64,000 bases of DNA. Origin: an uncultured delta proteobacterium (GTDB lineage Bacteria > Desulfobacterota > Binatia > UBA9968). Shown piece by piece: positions 52,434 through 62,424 of this stretch (position 1 is its first letter; every line of letters begins with the position of its first letter). The DNA is taken from the NCBI GenBank assembly GCA_963816145.1, contig CAWFJP010000030.1, positions 448,001-512,000 of the forward strand, read 5' to 3'. The position numbers were made by a program, and so were the translations under genes. Below the pieces are notes generated by a model that did no database searches, had not been told where the DNA came from, and saw nothing but the letters and a program-made list of their open reading frames with translations.

Positions 52434-53495
52434 TCATTCTGAGTTCCACAACGACACCGCCATGCGCAGCTTGCCATGTTCGAGGTCTGCCAGCGCCTCA
52501 TTGATCTGCTCGTAGCGATAGCTTTGCGTGATCAGGCTTCTGAGCTCAATGCGCCCCTGCTGCGCCATTTGAAACACTTCGTCGACGTCATTGGCTTGCC
52601 GGCTCGACACCCCGGTGATGGTGATTTCCCGGGTGACGAAGTTACCGCTGCTGATCGTGAACGGGCCGCTGCCTAAGCCGCCGATAATCGTCGCCGTGCC
52701 GCCGGGCCGGGTCGCTTGAATGATCTGATCCGAGGTCTTGGCGTTGCCGATCGCTTCGAAGGCCTTATCGACACCGCCCGAGGTCAATTTGATGACCGCT
52801 TTCACCGGATCTTCCGCGCTCGCGTTGATCGTGTGCGTCGCGCCGAAGCTTTTCGCCGCCGCCAATTTATCCTCGGTGATGTCGACGGCGATGATCGGGT
52901 AGGCGCCGAAGCATTTAAGGAATTGAATCGTGTTCAATCCGATGCCACCGCAGCCGATCACCAGCGCCGACTCATTGGGCTGCAATTTGCCGCGGTGTTT
53001 AACGGCGTTGTACGCGGTGGTCACCCGGCAGCCCACCACGCTCGCCTCTTCCATCGAAATGCCGTCGGGAATTTTGAATGTCATGTACGCCGGCACCGAC
53101 ACATACTGGGCAAAGCCGCCGACATTCCAACGCGTCACCACCGTGCCGTCTTTTTTTCTCAAATTCGGCGGTGCCGGCCGGCGCTCGCAGAGATTTTCAT
53201 GGGCGCTCAAACAATAGCGGCAGCGGCCGCACTTGTAGCGCATGCCGATGATCACTCGATCGCCGACCTTGAAGTCCTTGCACTGCGCGCCAATCTGTTC
53301 GACGGTGCCCGCCACTTCATGGCCGAGGATCGTCGGCGGCGTGAAGCGATTGCGCCCTTCGATGACTTTCAAGTCGGTATGGCACACGCCGCAGGACGCG
53401 ACTTTGATCAACACATCCTCATCGTGGACGTCCGGCATTTCGAGATCTTCGATCTTCAACGGTTGACGAACTTCATAGAGAACAGCGGCTTTCAT
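52434..53495 (-). CDS. Zn-dependent alcohol dehydrogenase
   Basis: GVCHTD, GHEVAG, CGRCRYC...C, GCGGIG. Confidence 0.92.
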   Translation of the reverse strand: MKAAVLYEVRQPLKIEDLEMPDVHDEDVLIKVASCGVCHTDLKVIEGRNRFTPPTILGHEVAGTVEQIGAQCKDFKVGDRVIIGMRYKCGRCRYCLSAHENLCERRPAPPNLRKKDGTVVTRWNVGGFAQYVSVPAYMTFKIPDGISMEEASVVGCRVTTAYNAVKHRGKLQPNESALVIGCGGIGLNTIQFLKCFGAYPIIAVDITEDKLAAAKSFGATHTINASAEDPVKAVIKLTSGGVDKAFEAIGNAKTSDQIIQATRPGGTATIIGGLGSGPFTISSGNFVTREITITGVSSRQANDVDEVFQMAQQGRIELRSLITQSYRYEQINEALADLEHGKLRMAVSLWNSE

Positions 53496-53629
53496 GGCGG
53501 CTCCTTTCAGCGCACAACAAACAATAGAAAGGGCAACCACTGGGGTTGCCCCGACATAAACCTCTCGGAATTTACTTACGCCAGCGGAACGCTTGGGGTC
53601 AAGGGAAAGAACACTCGTGACCGGCTTGC

Positions 53630-54370
53630 TTATTTGATCGCCTTCGCCCGCTCGATCATCTCCTGCGCCGAGATCTCCTGACCGTAAAGCGGATTGGTCT
53701 GCTCGAACAGCCTGGAGCGATCGAGTCCACCCAACACCGCCGGATCAAAACCGGCGTCACGCACGAGCATGGATGCAACTTTCAAGGCTTCTTGGTCGTC
53801 ACCGGCCATTGGGATACCAATACGACCTTGGGGGCGATTGGCGTTACTCCTGAGCCGATTGACGCCCAAAGTGTTGAACGCGCGCACGACGCGCGCGCCG
53901 GGGAGCAATCTTTGCGTCGTCAAACCGACGCCCTTTTCACGCGCCTCCTTGCCGATCTCGCCGTCGCGCGCCAGCACTGCGTTGCCGGTGTCTATAACGA
54001 TCTTGCCGACGAGATCTTTGGCATAATCTTTGGAAATCTGCGCCATTGAGCCGTAGGGAACCGCGATTAAAATCACATCGCCAAACGCGATCGCCTCGCT
54101 CACTGTCCCCGCACGCGCCCGCGGCCCGGCTTTTTCGACCAGCGGTTTTAGATTCTCCGGGTTGCGCGACGAAAATAGCACTTGATGCCCCGCCTTCACC
54201 CAAAACTCTCCCAGCGTGCTGCCGATATTGCCCGAGCCGATGATGCCGATCTTCAGTTGCGAGCTGGTAGCCGATCCCTGCGCATTCACTCCCGCTGGCG
54301 CACTCCCGAGTAACAACCCGATCGTTAAGATATTGACGAATCGCCGGCGGCTGAAAAGCAACAAACCCAT
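53630..54370 (-). CDS. F420/NADP oxidoreductase family protein with twin-arginine signal
   Basis: SRRRFV leader, IGIIGSGNIG, VVRAFN, AGDD. Confidence 0.82.
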   Translation of the reverse strand: MGLLLFSRRRFVNILTIGLLLGSAPAGVNAQGSATSSQLKIGIIGSGNIGSTLGEFWVKAGHQVLFSSRNPENLKPLVEKAGPRARAGTVSEAIAFGDVILIAVPYGSMAQISKDYAKDLVGKIVIDTGNAVLARDGEIGKEAREKGVGLTTQRLLPGARVVRAFNTLGVNRLRSNANRPQGRIGIPMAGDDQEALKVASMLVRDAGFDPAVLGGLDRSRLFEQTNPLYGQEISAQEMIERAKAIK

Positions 54371-54400
54371 GGTAGGTTCTCCTCGGTCGATCACAGCGCA

Positions 54401-54458
54401 CGGTTCCCGTGCGAACGGCTTGAACGATTGGAACTACTTGAACGGTTTGAACGCGTTC
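54401..54458. repeat. Family A 9-mer array
   Basis: TTGAACGATTGGAACTACTTGAACGGTTTGAAC. Confidence 0.8.
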
Positions 54459-54466
54459 CCATTTTT

Positions 54467-55480
54467 TTATCGCGGATACAACTCCTTGATAAATCCATCC
54501 TTCGCCAACTGCTCCAGCGGCGCCGGATCGTAGAACTTGCGCGCATCTGCGCCTTTAGCCTTGGGGTTGCGCTCGGCCAAGTCTTCCATCACCGCTTCCA
54601 TTTCCGGCAAGGTCACCGTGGGAACATTGCGGATGTAACCGAGCACGTAGCTTTTGAACGCGCTCATGAGCAATTTCGTATCCGTGTTGCGCGTGTACTT
54701 GCCGAGCACGCGCACGGTGAAGTCGGGGTTGGCCTTGGCATACTTGATGCCTTCCAACGTTGCCTTGAGAAAGCGGTTGAGCGTCTGCGGCCGATTGCGA
54801 ATAAACGAATCCGTCGTCACCAGTGCGGTGCCGGGATAGCGAAACTTAACTTCGCTCAAATTCAGGAATTCCTTGTAGCCGGCTTCCTTCGCCTTCTCCA
54901 AAGTGGGCGACGAAATCAAGCCGCCTTTGATCACACCCTGCTGCATGAAGAGCAAGATTTCCGGCACACCGCCGGTTTGGATCATCTTGATGTCCTTGTT
55001 CGGATCGAGACCAAATTCGGCGACCGCTTTGCGCAAACCGAGATCGGTAAGCGAGCCGAACCGGCTGACGCCAAAGGTCTTGCCTTTCAAATCCTGCGGC
55101 GTCGCGATATCCGGCGCCGTCACTAGGCTCATGGGAATGACATTGATCGTCGTCGCGATGGTGATCGCATCCGAACCTGACAAACGCGACAGCGCTGCCG
55201 CCGCGCCCGATCCCTGGACGATTTGGGCATCGCCGGAAACCAAAGTACTGATCGCTTGTGAGCCCGAGACATAAATCACGTTCACATCGAGGCCGTATTT
55301 TTTGAAGATACCGGCGTCCTGCGGCACCCAAGTGGTGATCGAAGTGGCGGCAATCGACGAATAGCAGACGTTGAGCTTCTCTAACTCCGCGAGTTGCGCA
55401 CCGACGCCGATCCCGGCGCAAGAAAGCGCCAACGTCAGTGATAGCGCCGCTATCATGCAATATTTTCTGCAACGCCGCAT
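54467..55480 (-). CDS. ABC substrate-binding protein (SsuA/THI5-like)
   Basis: AGIFKKYGLDV, DLKGKTFGVSRFGS. Confidence 0.87.
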   Translation of the reverse strand: MRRCRKYCMIAALSLTLALSCAGIGVGAQLAELEKLNVCYSSIAATSITTWVPQDAGIFKKYGLDVNVIYVSGSQAISTLVSGDAQIVQGSGAAAALSRLSGSDAITIATTINVIPMSLVTAPDIATPQDLKGKTFGVSRFGSLTDLGLRKAVAEFGLDPNKDIKMIQTGGVPEILLFMQQGVIKGGLISSPTLEKAKEAGYKEFLNLSEVKFRYPGTALVTTDSFIRNRPQTLNRFLKATLEGIKYAKANPDFTVRVLGKYTRNTDTKLLMSAFKSYVLGYIRNVPTVTLPEMEAVMEDLAERNPKAKGADARKFYDPAPLEQLAKDGFIKELYPR

Positions 55481-55671
55481 TGAAGCTCCTCCGTTCTTGT
55501 CCAGGGGAATCCCGTCAGCTCTCCGTGGCTGACGTTAGAGAAGGGCCAACCCAGTGTCAAGGCGCAATTGTTTACCTGGCGCAATTGTTTACCCCGAGTC
55601 GCTATGATATTTCCGGTCCTGTCAATGATGTTGATGGGAGCATCGTAAAACGGACGAAAGGTAGTTTAAAA

Positions 55672-56505
55672 ATGCGCGCTTTCGACGTCCACGTTCATCC
55701 AAGCACCCGCGGGCTGGATTATCACGCCTGCGGCTACTTCAAAAGAAATCTCGCCGAGATCCCGCAAACCCCGGCAGGCTTCGCCGCTGTTTATGCCAAG
55801 AGCGATGTTCAAGCCCTCTTAATCGGCTGGCACCCATCGACGGTCAACGAAGGCGCGCGCAACAGCAACGAACATGTGCTTGACCTGGCAGGACAATTTC
55901 CCGTGACATTTCCTGGCATCCTCGCCGCCCTCGACACCAACGCCGCGGATTTGACCAGCGTCGCGCGCTACGCCGAGGAACTGGTGAAGAACGCCAAGGT
56001 CAAAGGCTTCAAGTTCCATCCGCCCGATCAAGGTTTTTACCCCAACGACAAACGGTTCTACGACATCTGGGAAATTATTCAGTCAAGCGGCAAACCGGCA
56101 CTGTTTCACGTCGGCTTCACCGTGCTCGGCGCCAACACCGAAGGCGGCAGCGGCATCGCCCTCGACTACGGCCGGCCGATTTATCTCGACACGCTCGCGC
56201 GTGATTTCCCCAAGATGAAAATCATCGCCGCCCATCCCGGCTGGCCCTGGGAACAGGAACTGATCGGCGTCGTGACGCACAAAAAGAATCTCTTCGTAGA
56301 CACCTCCGGTTATCTTGCCGAACAGCTCCCCGATTTATTTCAAAAAGCCATCGGCAGCCGGCTGCAGGACAAAGCGCTCTTCGGCACCGATTTTCCCTAC
56401 GTCGATTTGGAAAAGGCTTTGGTGAGTTTCGACAAAATGAATTTCAAGCCGACGGTGAAGGACAAACTGCTGTTCGGCAACGCCCAGCAGCTATTCAATC
56501 TTTAG
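55672..56505 (+). CDS. Amidohydrolase_2 family protein
   Basis: FDVHVH, GFKFHP, AAHPGWPW, FGTDFP. Confidence 0.88.
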   Translation: MRAFDVHVHPSTRGLDYHACGYFKRNLAEIPQTPAGFAAVYAKSDVQALLIGWHPSTVNEGARNSNEHVLDLAGQFPVTFPGILAALDTNAADLTSVARYAEELVKNAKVKGFKFHPPDQGFYPNDKRFYDIWEIIQSSGKPALFHVGFTVLGANTEGGSGIALDYGRPIYLDTLARDFPKMKIIAAHPGWPWEQELIGVVTHKKNLFVDTSGYLAEQLPDLFQKAIGSRLQDKALFGTDFPYVDLEKALVSFDKMNFKPTVKDKLLFGNAQQLFNL

Positions 56506-56546
56506 CCCGCGGGCAACGTCGCTACCGAGCTGGATGGACGCAATCC

Positions 56547-57539
56547 ATGAAACGACTCCTACTCTTGGTCATTATCAATTTTCAATTGTCTATTATCCAT
56601 TCGTTTGCGGCGCAAAGCGCCGCAAACGCCAAACTCCGCGTCGGCTACCCCTCGCCCAGCGCTGCGTTTTATCCGTTGTTCGCCACCAAGGAAGCCGGGC
56701 TCTTAGAAAAGTACGGCTTCGACAGCGAAATGGTTTACGTCCAAGGCGTGAAACTGGTACAAGTCCATGTCTCCGGCCAGCTCGACACCTCGACGGTTTC
56801 TTCCGTGGTCTACCTGCAAGCATCGGTGGGCGGCGCCGATCTGATACAAGTCGCCAGTTCCATCGACAACCAAATCATGAAACTGATGGTGCATCAGAGC
56901 ATCGCCAAACCACAGGACCTCAAGGGCAAGACCCTGGCGGTGACGGGATTCGGTTCGCTGACGGATTTGCTCGTGCGCCCGGCGCTGAAGAATTGGGGAT
57001 TGGAGCCTCAGAAAGACGTGAAGCTGGTGCAAATCGGCAGGATGCCCGACATCGCCACCGCCATCGCGCAGAAGACCGTCGACGGCGGCATGCTGTCGTT
57101 TCCGACGTCGCTGCACGCGGAAAAGTTTAATTTGAAAACTCTCATCGACTTTGCCGAGTCGGGCTTCGAAAGCCCGGCAACTACGGTAGTCGTCAGCCGC
57201 CGCTACGCCAACGCCAACCGCGACACCGTGCTGCGCTTTCTCAAGGCCTATATCGAAGGCACCAAAAGACTTCTGACCGACCGCGAGCTCGGCATCCGCG
57301 CGCTGCGCCGCTACGGCGGCGTCAGCGACCGCGACATGCTGGCGACCACGCACGACCTGTTCGCTTCGCGCTATATTAAGAAAATTCCCAAGATCAATCC
57401 CAAGGGCGTGGAGAATTCGTTGAGCATGATCGCCGAGAACAATCCCAAAGCCAGGGGCCGCAAGGCCGAAGAATTCATGGACCCGAGTTTCATGGATGAG
57501 CTCGAAGCCACGGGATTCATCAAATCGGTGTGGCCGTGA
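56547..57539 (+). CDS. ABC substrate-binding protein (SsuA/THI5-like)
   Basis: EAGLLEKYG, DLKGKTLAV. Confidence 0.87.
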   Translation: MKRLLLLVIINFQLSIIHSFAAQSAANAKLRVGYPSPSAAFYPLFATKEAGLLEKYGFDSEMVYVQGVKLVQVHVSGQLDTSTVSSVVYLQASVGGADLIQVASSIDNQIMKLMVHQSIAKPQDLKGKTLAVTGFGSLTDLLVRPALKNWGLEPQKDVKLVQIGRMPDIATAIAQKTVDGGMLSFPTSLHAEKFNLKTLIDFAESGFESPATTVVVSRRYANANRDTVLRFLKAYIEGTKRLLTDRELGIRALRRYGGVSDRDMLATTHDLFASRYIKKIPKINPKGVENSLSMIAENNPKARGRKAEEFMDPSFMDELEATGFIKSVWP

Positions 57540-57542
57540 AGA

Positions 57543-57749
57543 ATTTTGGATTTTGGATTGCCGATTTTCGATTGACGAGCTACATGCGGGACGACTCACA
57601 TAAGTGCAACCATAAGCCCGTGAATCGATTCGCAGAGTCGCAATGAAGACAACATCGTTTCTTGATTCGTCATTCCCGCGCAGGCGGGAATCCAGGTTAA
57701 CTGGGTTCGCCTGGATCCCGGCTCGCGCTCCGCTTGGCCGGGATGACGA
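57543..57749. repeat. Heptamer array (ATTTTGG) followed by a family C REP-like pair
   Basis: ATTTTGGATTTTGGATT; GTCATTCCCGCGCAGGCGGGAATCCAG...GGGATGAC. Confidence 0.75.
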
Positions 57750-58755
57750 CCATGCGGACTGGTGGCGATTGCTATTCGCGTCAATCTGCGTCTCAACCTT
57801 TTTGATTCTGCTACTCCCCCCCTCCGCCGCCCGTGCCCAACAAGAAAAAATGATCGTCGGCTATAGCGCCCAGGCCGGCGCGTACGCGCCGATCTGGATC
57901 ACCAAGGAAGCCGGGCTGTTTCGAAAAAATGGTTTGGATGTCAATCTGGTTTTCATTCCCGGCGGCCCGACGGCGGCCGCTGCGATGATCGCCAACGAGG
58001 TCCAAGCGATGGCCATGGCCGGTCCCGCGATCGTTTCCAGCAATCTCGCCGGCTCCGACTTGGTGATGACTGCCGGCATCGTCAACACCTTCGCCTTTCA
58101 ATTGGTCACGGTCAAAAGCATCACGACGCCAAGCCAGCTCAACGGCAAGCGCATCGGCGTCAACCGTTTCGGCGCGGCGCCCGATGTCGCGGCGCGCTAC
58201 GCCTTCAACCATCTCAAGATCGATCCGCGCGAGGTAACGATCCTGCAGTTGGGCGAGCAGTCGACACGGCTGGAAGCGATGAAAGCCGGCCAGCTCGACG
58301 CCGCCATCTTGTTGCCGCCGATCACCACCATCGCGCTAAAAGACGGCATGAACATCTTGCTCGACATGTCCGAGTTGGGCGGCGAGTTTTTGATCACCGG
58401 CATGGCGAGCAGCCAGAAATATTTGACGCAGAACCGATCGTCCGCCGCGCGGCTGATGCGCGCCTTCGTCGAAGGCATACACTATTTCAAGACCCAACGC
58501 CGGGAGAGCGAAAAGATCATCGCCCGCTACATGCGCACGGACAACATGGAAGCGGTCGGCGCCACCTGGGAGTACTTCGCCGCCAAGATCGTGCCGCGCA
58601 AACCTTATCCATCGGTGAAAGGCGTCAAAGCGCTGCTCGACCTCGCCGCCAAAGATCGCCCCGAAGCCGCCAAGGCGACGCCGGAGCGCTTTATTAACGC
58701 AACTCTGCTAAAGGAATTGGACGACAGCGGCTTCATCGACGGCTTGTATCGATGA
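57643..58755 (+). CDS. ABC substrate-binding protein (SsuA/THI5-like); true start possibly near 57769
   Basis: PIWITKEAGLFRKNGLDV, LNGKRIGV; the first ~36 codons are REP-derived. Confidence 0.85.
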   Translation: MKTTSFLDSSFPRRRESRLTGFAWIPARAPLGRDDDHADWWRLLFASICVSTFLILLLPPSAARAQQEKMIVGYSAQAGAYAPIWITKEAGLFRKNGLDVNLVFIPGGPTAAAAMIANEVQAMAMAGPAIVSSNLAGSDLVMTAGIVNTFAFQLVTVKSITTPSQLNGKRIGVNRFGAAPDVAARYAFNHLKIDPREVTILQLGEQSTRLEAMKAGQLDAAILLPPITTIALKDGMNILLDMSELGGEFLITGMASSQKYLTQNRSSAARLMRAFVEGIHYFKTQRRESEKIIARYMRTDNMEAVGATWEYFAAKIVPRKPYPSVKGVKALLDLAAKDRPEAAKATPERFINATLLKELDDSGFIDGLYR

Positions 58756-58762
58756 ATAAACC

Positions 58763-58859
58763 CGTTCAAAAGTTCAAGCGTTCAAAGGTTCGGATGGAAC
58801 CATTGGAACGGCTGGAACAATTGGAACCACATTCCGACATTGAACCTTGAACCCTGAAC
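58763..58859. repeat. Nested inverted 7-/9-mer arrays, family A
   Basis: GTTCAA x3 ... TGGAAC x4 ... TTGAAC x3. Confidence 0.8.
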
Positions 58860-58888
58860 GGGAGCGACTGAAAGGAGCGACTATTAGA

Positions 58889-60571
58889 ATGTCCGCGGAA
58901 AAAATCGCATCGCAGGCTTATTTGGAAGTCGCCGCCGCCCACGGCGTAGAGTATGTTTTTGGTCTGCCGGGCACCAGCGGCCAGGAATTCATCGGCACCA
59001 TCGCCGACCAGGAAAAGATCCGCTTCATCCTGGCGATGCACGAAACCTGCGTCGTCTCCATGGCCGACGGCCACGCCCGGGTCACCGGCCGGCCGCAACT
59101 GGCGCAAGTCAGCACACTGCCCGGTTCGGCGAACTCGGTCGGCGCGCTTTACGACGCCTACCGCGACCGCTCACCGGTGATCGTGACTTCGACCAATGTC
59201 GATACCCGCATCGACGGCCGTGACTCCCACACCGAAGGGAAGAATTTGGTCGAGATGACCAAGCAGTTCACCAAATGGAGCGCCGAAGTCCATCGCGCCG
59301 ACCGCATCCCGGAATACCTGAACCGCGCCTTCAAAGTCGCGTCATCCGCGCCAACCGGACCGGTCTATTTGGCGCTGCCGAGCAACCTGCTCGGCGAACC
59401 GATAAGTGTAGCGAATCCCGAAGCTGAACGTTCGCGCGTTTCGCCGCGCATCGCCGGCGATCCCGACGCCTTCGTGGAGGCTGCCAAAATGCTGGCGCAT
59501 GCCAAACGACCGCTGATCGTCGCCGGCAGTGCCATTGCGAAAGCCGGCGCCATTGAAGAACTAATTAAGTTTGCCGAGCTGGTCGAGGCACCGGTGGTGA
59601 TGGAACCACGCTATTCTTTTCTATCCTTTCCGACCAACCATCCACAGAGTTTTCAGATCGCCGAACGGCAGCCGTCTTTCGAGTTGCCGGTCTGGGGCGA
59701 GCCCGATGTGATCGTCGCCATCGGTTGCCGCTTGATCCGCGAGTATCGCTACATCCCGGATCCGGTAATCAAACCGTCGACAAAAATTATCCACATCGAA
59801 GAAGATCCCTGGGAGATCGGCAAAGTTTTTCCCGTCGATATCGGTATCGTCGCCGACGCCAAGAGCGCGCTCAAGTCGTTGACCGAATGCTATGCGAAGG
59901 TCGAGCCCGCGATGGCTGTGAAATCCGAGCGCCGCGAATGCATCCGCAAAGCCAAGGATCAAGCCACCGGCGAAATCGATAATCGCGTCAGCAAAGGATG
60001 GGATGGCACACCGATCAACGCCGCCCGTCTCGCCCGCACCATGGACCGGCTCGTCGAGAAAGACGCGTTGATCGTCAACGAAAGCCCGACCAGCAAAGAT
60101 CTCTTGATGTCCAACTTCCAGTTTTCGCTCGGGCGGGATTACTTTTCCAACTCATCCGGCGGCTACTTGGGTTGGGGCTTGGGCGCCGCCATCGGCGCCA
60201 AGCTCGCCTCGCCCAAAAGGCGCGTCGTCGCCTGCCTCGGCGACGGCAGCACTATGTTCGGCCTCCAAGGTCTGTGGACCCTAGCCAAGTATCGCATTCC
60301 TCTGGTCGTCATCGTTTTCAATAATCGCGCTTACATGGCTGTCAAGAATCAGTTTCGCGGCTCTGAGGAAAGAATCCGCATCGCCGCCGACATGGGCGCC
60401 GAGATCACCGGGCCCGAAATCAATTTTGCCCGGCTCGCCGAGACTTTCGGCATTCACGGTGAACGCGTCGAACACCCCGACGCCATCGAAGCGGCGCTCA
60501 AACGCGCCTTGGATCAAACCGGCCCAGCGCTGGTCGATGTCGTGATCAGCCAGAACACTCGGAAGGATTAG
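58889..60571 (+). CDS. Thiamine pyrophosphate enzyme (benzoylformate decarboxylase-like)
   Basis: FGLPG, HE...MADG, GDGS...NN TPP motif. Confidence 0.88.
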   Translation: MSAEKIASQAYLEVAAAHGVEYVFGLPGTSGQEFIGTIADQEKIRFILAMHETCVVSMADGHARVTGRPQLAQVSTLPGSANSVGALYDAYRDRSPVIVTSTNVDTRIDGRDSHTEGKNLVEMTKQFTKWSAEVHRADRIPEYLNRAFKVASSAPTGPVYLALPSNLLGEPISVANPEAERSRVSPRIAGDPDAFVEAAKMLAHAKRPLIVAGSAIAKAGAIEELIKFAELVEAPVVMEPRYSFLSFPTNHPQSFQIAERQPSFELPVWGEPDVIVAIGCRLIREYRYIPDPVIKPSTKIIHIEEDPWEIGKVFPVDIGIVADAKSALKSLTECYAKVEPAMAVKSERRECIRKAKDQATGEIDNRVSKGWDGTPINAARLARTMDRLVEKDALIVNESPTSKDLLMSNFQFSLGRDYFSNSSGGYLGWGLGAAIGAKLASPKRRVVACLGDGSTMFGLQGLWTLAKYRIPLVVIVFNNRAYMAVKNQFRGSEERIRIAADMGAEITGPEINFARLAETFGIHGERVEHPDAIEAALKRALDQTGPALVDVVISQNTRKD

Positions 60572-60612
60572 CTGGGTCAACATGTTCATGATCCGGTACG
60601 CAAGAAGAGAAT

Positions 60613-60684
60613 TCACCACGAAGGACACGAAGGCTTCGGACAATTGTTGTTTCCAACTTCGTGTTCTTCGTGTCCTTCGTGGTG
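60613..60684. repeat. Family B inverted CACGAAG array
   Basis: Read directly. Confidence 0.82.
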
Positions 60685-60731
60685 CAAAACACTCTTGGGC
60701 AATTTCACACGGTATATTTTAGGAGGCAACC

Positions 60732-61106
60732 ATGGCTCAGGATGCGAAAGACGCCTTCGAGAAAACTTCGTTGGGCGCGCAGAACAAGGCCTACGACCTG
60801 ATCGCGCAAATGGATCCGGAGTATTTCGAGAAACTCAAAGGCCTTTATGTCGACGGCACCTTCGGCCGCGACGGCGCGCTGCCGCGCAAGACCAAGGAGT
60901 TGATCATGGTCGGCATCTGCTGCGCACTCAACCGCCCGCGCGGCGTCAAACTGCACAGCGAAAGAGCACTGACGTTGGGCGCCGCTCCGCGCGAAGTCTT
61001 GGAAGCCGTCGAAGTCGCCGCCATCCCCGGCGGCATGCCCGGCCTCTGGCTCGGCGTCGAAACCTTGAACGAGATTCTCAAAGCCAAAGGCATCGAGTTC
61101 AAGTGA
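60732..61106 (+). CDS. Carboxymuconolactone decarboxylase/AhpD family protein
   Basis: GALPRKTKELI...H...A...GA...E; AGGAGG RBS. Confidence 0.85.
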   Translation: MAQDAKDAFEKTSLGAQNKAYDLIAQMDPEYFEKLKGLYVDGTFGRDGALPRKTKELIMVGICCALNRPRGVKLHSERALTLGAAPREVLEAVEVAAIPGGMPGLWLGVETLNEILKAKGIEFK

Positions 61107-61151
61107 TGGCGTCGTTTCTTTGCAGGAGCGACCGGCCGGTCGCCCTTTCGA

Positions 61152-61207
61152 TTTGAACGGCTTGAACGGACCCCGGCGAAAGCCGGGGGATTGAACGACT
61201 TGAACGA
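61152..61207. repeat. Family A array with internal hairpin CCCCGGC-GAAA-GCCGGGG
   Basis: Read directly. Confidence 0.75.
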
Positions 61208-61221
61208 GTTCTATTATTACC

Positions 61222-62424
61222 ATGAGCGATGCGAATAAAGGTCCCCTCGCCGGCATCCGAGTCCTCGACTTGACCCGCGTCCTCGCCGGCCCTTATTGCA
61301 CCATGTTCTTGGGCGATCTTGGCGCTGAGGTCGTGAAAGTCGAGCAGCCTGGAGTCGGCGACGATACCCGCGGCTGGGGCCCACCCTTCGCCGGTGGCGA
61401 GAGCGCGTACTTTCTTTGCACCAACCGCAACAAGAAAAGCCTCACCGCCGACTTCAAGTCAGCCGACGGTATCGCGCTTGTCCGTAAGCTCGCCGAGCGC
61501 GCCGATGTATTGATCGAAAATTTTCGTCCCGGCGCCATGGATCGTATGGGCCTCGGCGAGAAAGAGTTGCACGAAAAAAATCCGCGTCTTGTCTACGCAT
61601 CACTTTCGGGATTCGGCGCCGATGGGCCAATGGCGGACATGCCCGGCTATGACCTGATCGTGCAAGCCTGGGGCGGCTTGATGAGCGTCACCGGCACTGC
61701 CGAGAGCGGTCCGCTCAAAGTCGGCGTCGCGATCATCGATCTGGTCGCCGGCTTGATGCTCGGCAAATCCATCGTCGCCGCGCTCTATGCCCGAGAGAAA
61801 ATCGGCGTCGGCCAAAAGATCGACACTTCGCTGCTCGAAGCCGAAGTCGCCGCGCTGATCAATGCCGGCAGCAACTATTTGGTCGGCGGCAAAGTTCCCG
61901 GCCGTTGGGGCAACGCCCATCCGACCATTGTGCCGTACCAAAGCTTTCAGACCGCCGACAGTTTTTTGGTGCTGGGCGCAGCCAGCGAAGCGATCTGGAA
62001 GCGCCTTTGCCCGGCGCTCGGACGCGGGGAGCTCGCCGACGATCCACGCTTCGCCAAAAACGCCGACCGCGTCGAGCATCGGCAAGAACTGATCGCCCTG
62101 CTCGCGGCGATATTTCTCAGCCGCACCACGACCGAATGGGTCGCCGCGCTCATCGAAGCCGACGTCCCTTGCGCGCCGGTGCAAACCATCGATCAAGTTT
62201 TTGCCGCGCCGCAGGTGCTGCACCGTGACATGCTGGTGGAGATCGATCATCCCACCGCGGGCACGGTGAGGTTAGCCGGCATCCCGGTAAAATTCTCCGC
62301 TACACCGGCATCGGTGCGCCTGCCCCCGCCGCTGCTCGGCCAGCACTCCGAGGATGTCTTGTCATCCTGGTTGGGAATGAGTATCGAAGAGATCGAGCAA
62401 TTAAAGCGAAAGAGCGTCCTATGA
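61222..62424 (+). CDS. Class III CoA-transferase (CaiB/BaiF)
   Basis: PLAGIRVLDL, NRNKKS, ENFRPG, PGYD, LGQHSE. Confidence 0.93.
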   Translation: MSDANKGPLAGIRVLDLTRVLAGPYCTMFLGDLGAEVVKVEQPGVGDDTRGWGPPFAGGESAYFLCTNRNKKSLTADFKSADGIALVRKLAERADVLIENFRPGAMDRMGLGEKELHEKNPRLVYASLSGFGADGPMADMPGYDLIVQAWGGLMSVTGTAESGPLKVGVAIIDLVAGLMLGKSIVAALYAREKIGVGQKIDTSLLEAEVAALINAGSNYLVGGKVPGRWGNAHPTIVPYQSFQTADSFLVLGAASEAIWKRLCPALGRGELADDPRFAKNADRVEHRQELIALLAAIFLSRTTTEWVAALIEADVPCAPVQTIDQVFAAPQVLHRDMLVEIDHPTAGTVRLAGIPVKFSATPASVRLPPPLLGQHSEDVLSSWLGMSIEEIEQLKRKSVL

